Shown here: positions 63,838-64,000 of the stretch, piece by piece
How positions within the stretch are numbered: position 1 is the first letter of the stretch
Layout: the number at the start of each line of letters is the position of its first letter
Assembly: GCA_028278085.1 (NCBI GenBank)
Contig: JANQFB010000350.1
Span: 7,376-71,375, forward strand
Direction: 5' to 3'
DNA: 64,000 nt
Source of the DNA: Chitinophagales bacterium
GTDB lineage: Bacteria > Bacteroidota > Bacteroidia > Chitinophagales > JANQFB01
The notes under the pieces: model-generated
The model's input: the letters and a program-made list of their open reading frames with translations, nothing else
Database searches by the model: none
Told to the model about the DNA's origin: nothing
Position numbers and translations under genes: made by a program

Positions 63838-64000
63838 ATGAATGTTTTCATTTCCTTAAAACGCCTGATGATCGTGTTGAGTGGCTGCTTATGGTTCACA
63901 GCCTGTTCCAAAGAAGAACCCGAGCCGGCTTCTACCTCTTTGGACCTGGGGGTTGCGCCCAACTATGAAGTGGTTTTTGATTCGGAATTCGACTTTAAGC
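63838..64000 (+). CDS. Lipoprotein, N-terminal 54 codons (runs off the window)
   Basis: Not in the ORF track. ATG at 63838 gives MNVFISLKRLMIVLSGCLWFTACSKEEPEPAST... (lipobox FTAC). The frame is open to the window end. Confidence 0.5.
   Translation, partial: MNVFISLKRLMIVLSGCLWFTACSKEEPEPASTSLDLGVAPNYEVVFDSEFDFK

Noticed and set aside
1-64000. CRISPR arrays, tRNA/rRNA genes, transposases, integrases and prophage modules
   Set aside because: I saw no regularly spaced direct repeats, no cloverleaf-like sequences in the intergenic regions I read, and no ORF with recombinase, transposase or phage structural motifs.

Overview
This looks like a chromosomal segment from a Bacteroidota-type genome. 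That is an inference from ten proteins ending in T9SS-type C-terminal sorting domains (..YPNP..GxYFxxI..), TAnnTTTG -7 boxes, and ECF sigma/anti-sigma pairs. I support about 54 protein-coding genes. Two run off the window edges, and one of those (1..915, minus strand) is absent from the supplied ORF track. I recognised no rRNA, tRNA, CRISPR array, transposase, integrase or phage genes.

Ordinary content:
- a modA-mop-modB-modC molybdate transporter;
- a TetR-headed SulP transporter / beta-carbonic anhydrase / DUF2490 operon;
- a second TetR with an SRPBCC gene;
- a TPR class III nucleotidyl cyclase and a SpoIIE/PP2C phosphatase;
- a GT39/ArnT-like glycosyltransferase;
- FAH-family hydrolase and flavin reductase genes;
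- DoxX and a TAT-signal class V aminotransferase;
- two ECF sigma/anti-sigma modules.

The accessory content is dominated by large secreted repeat proteins and two thermolysin-like (M4) proteases.

Observations I rank highest:
1. An AT-rich run of three small minus-strand ORFs (32.8-35.0 kb). Their spacers are filled by imperfect inverted repeats with conserved ..CAAC / GTTG.. terminal boxes. This is an integron-cassette-like (attC-like) layout with no integrase in view.
2. A tightly packed AT-rich four-gene operon (6.95-10.6 kb) that couples a metzincin carrying a Cys/Gly/Asn tract to a divergent Lgt-family membrane protein.
3. An exported TPR-CHAT protease whose 3' end overlaps, convergently, an ECF sigma/TPR anti-sigma pair.
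4. A ~260-bp DNA-level duplication that carries only the T9SS sorting domain plus 3' flank of two otherwise unrelated cargo genes.

All functional calls come from motif recognition by eye. No searches were run.
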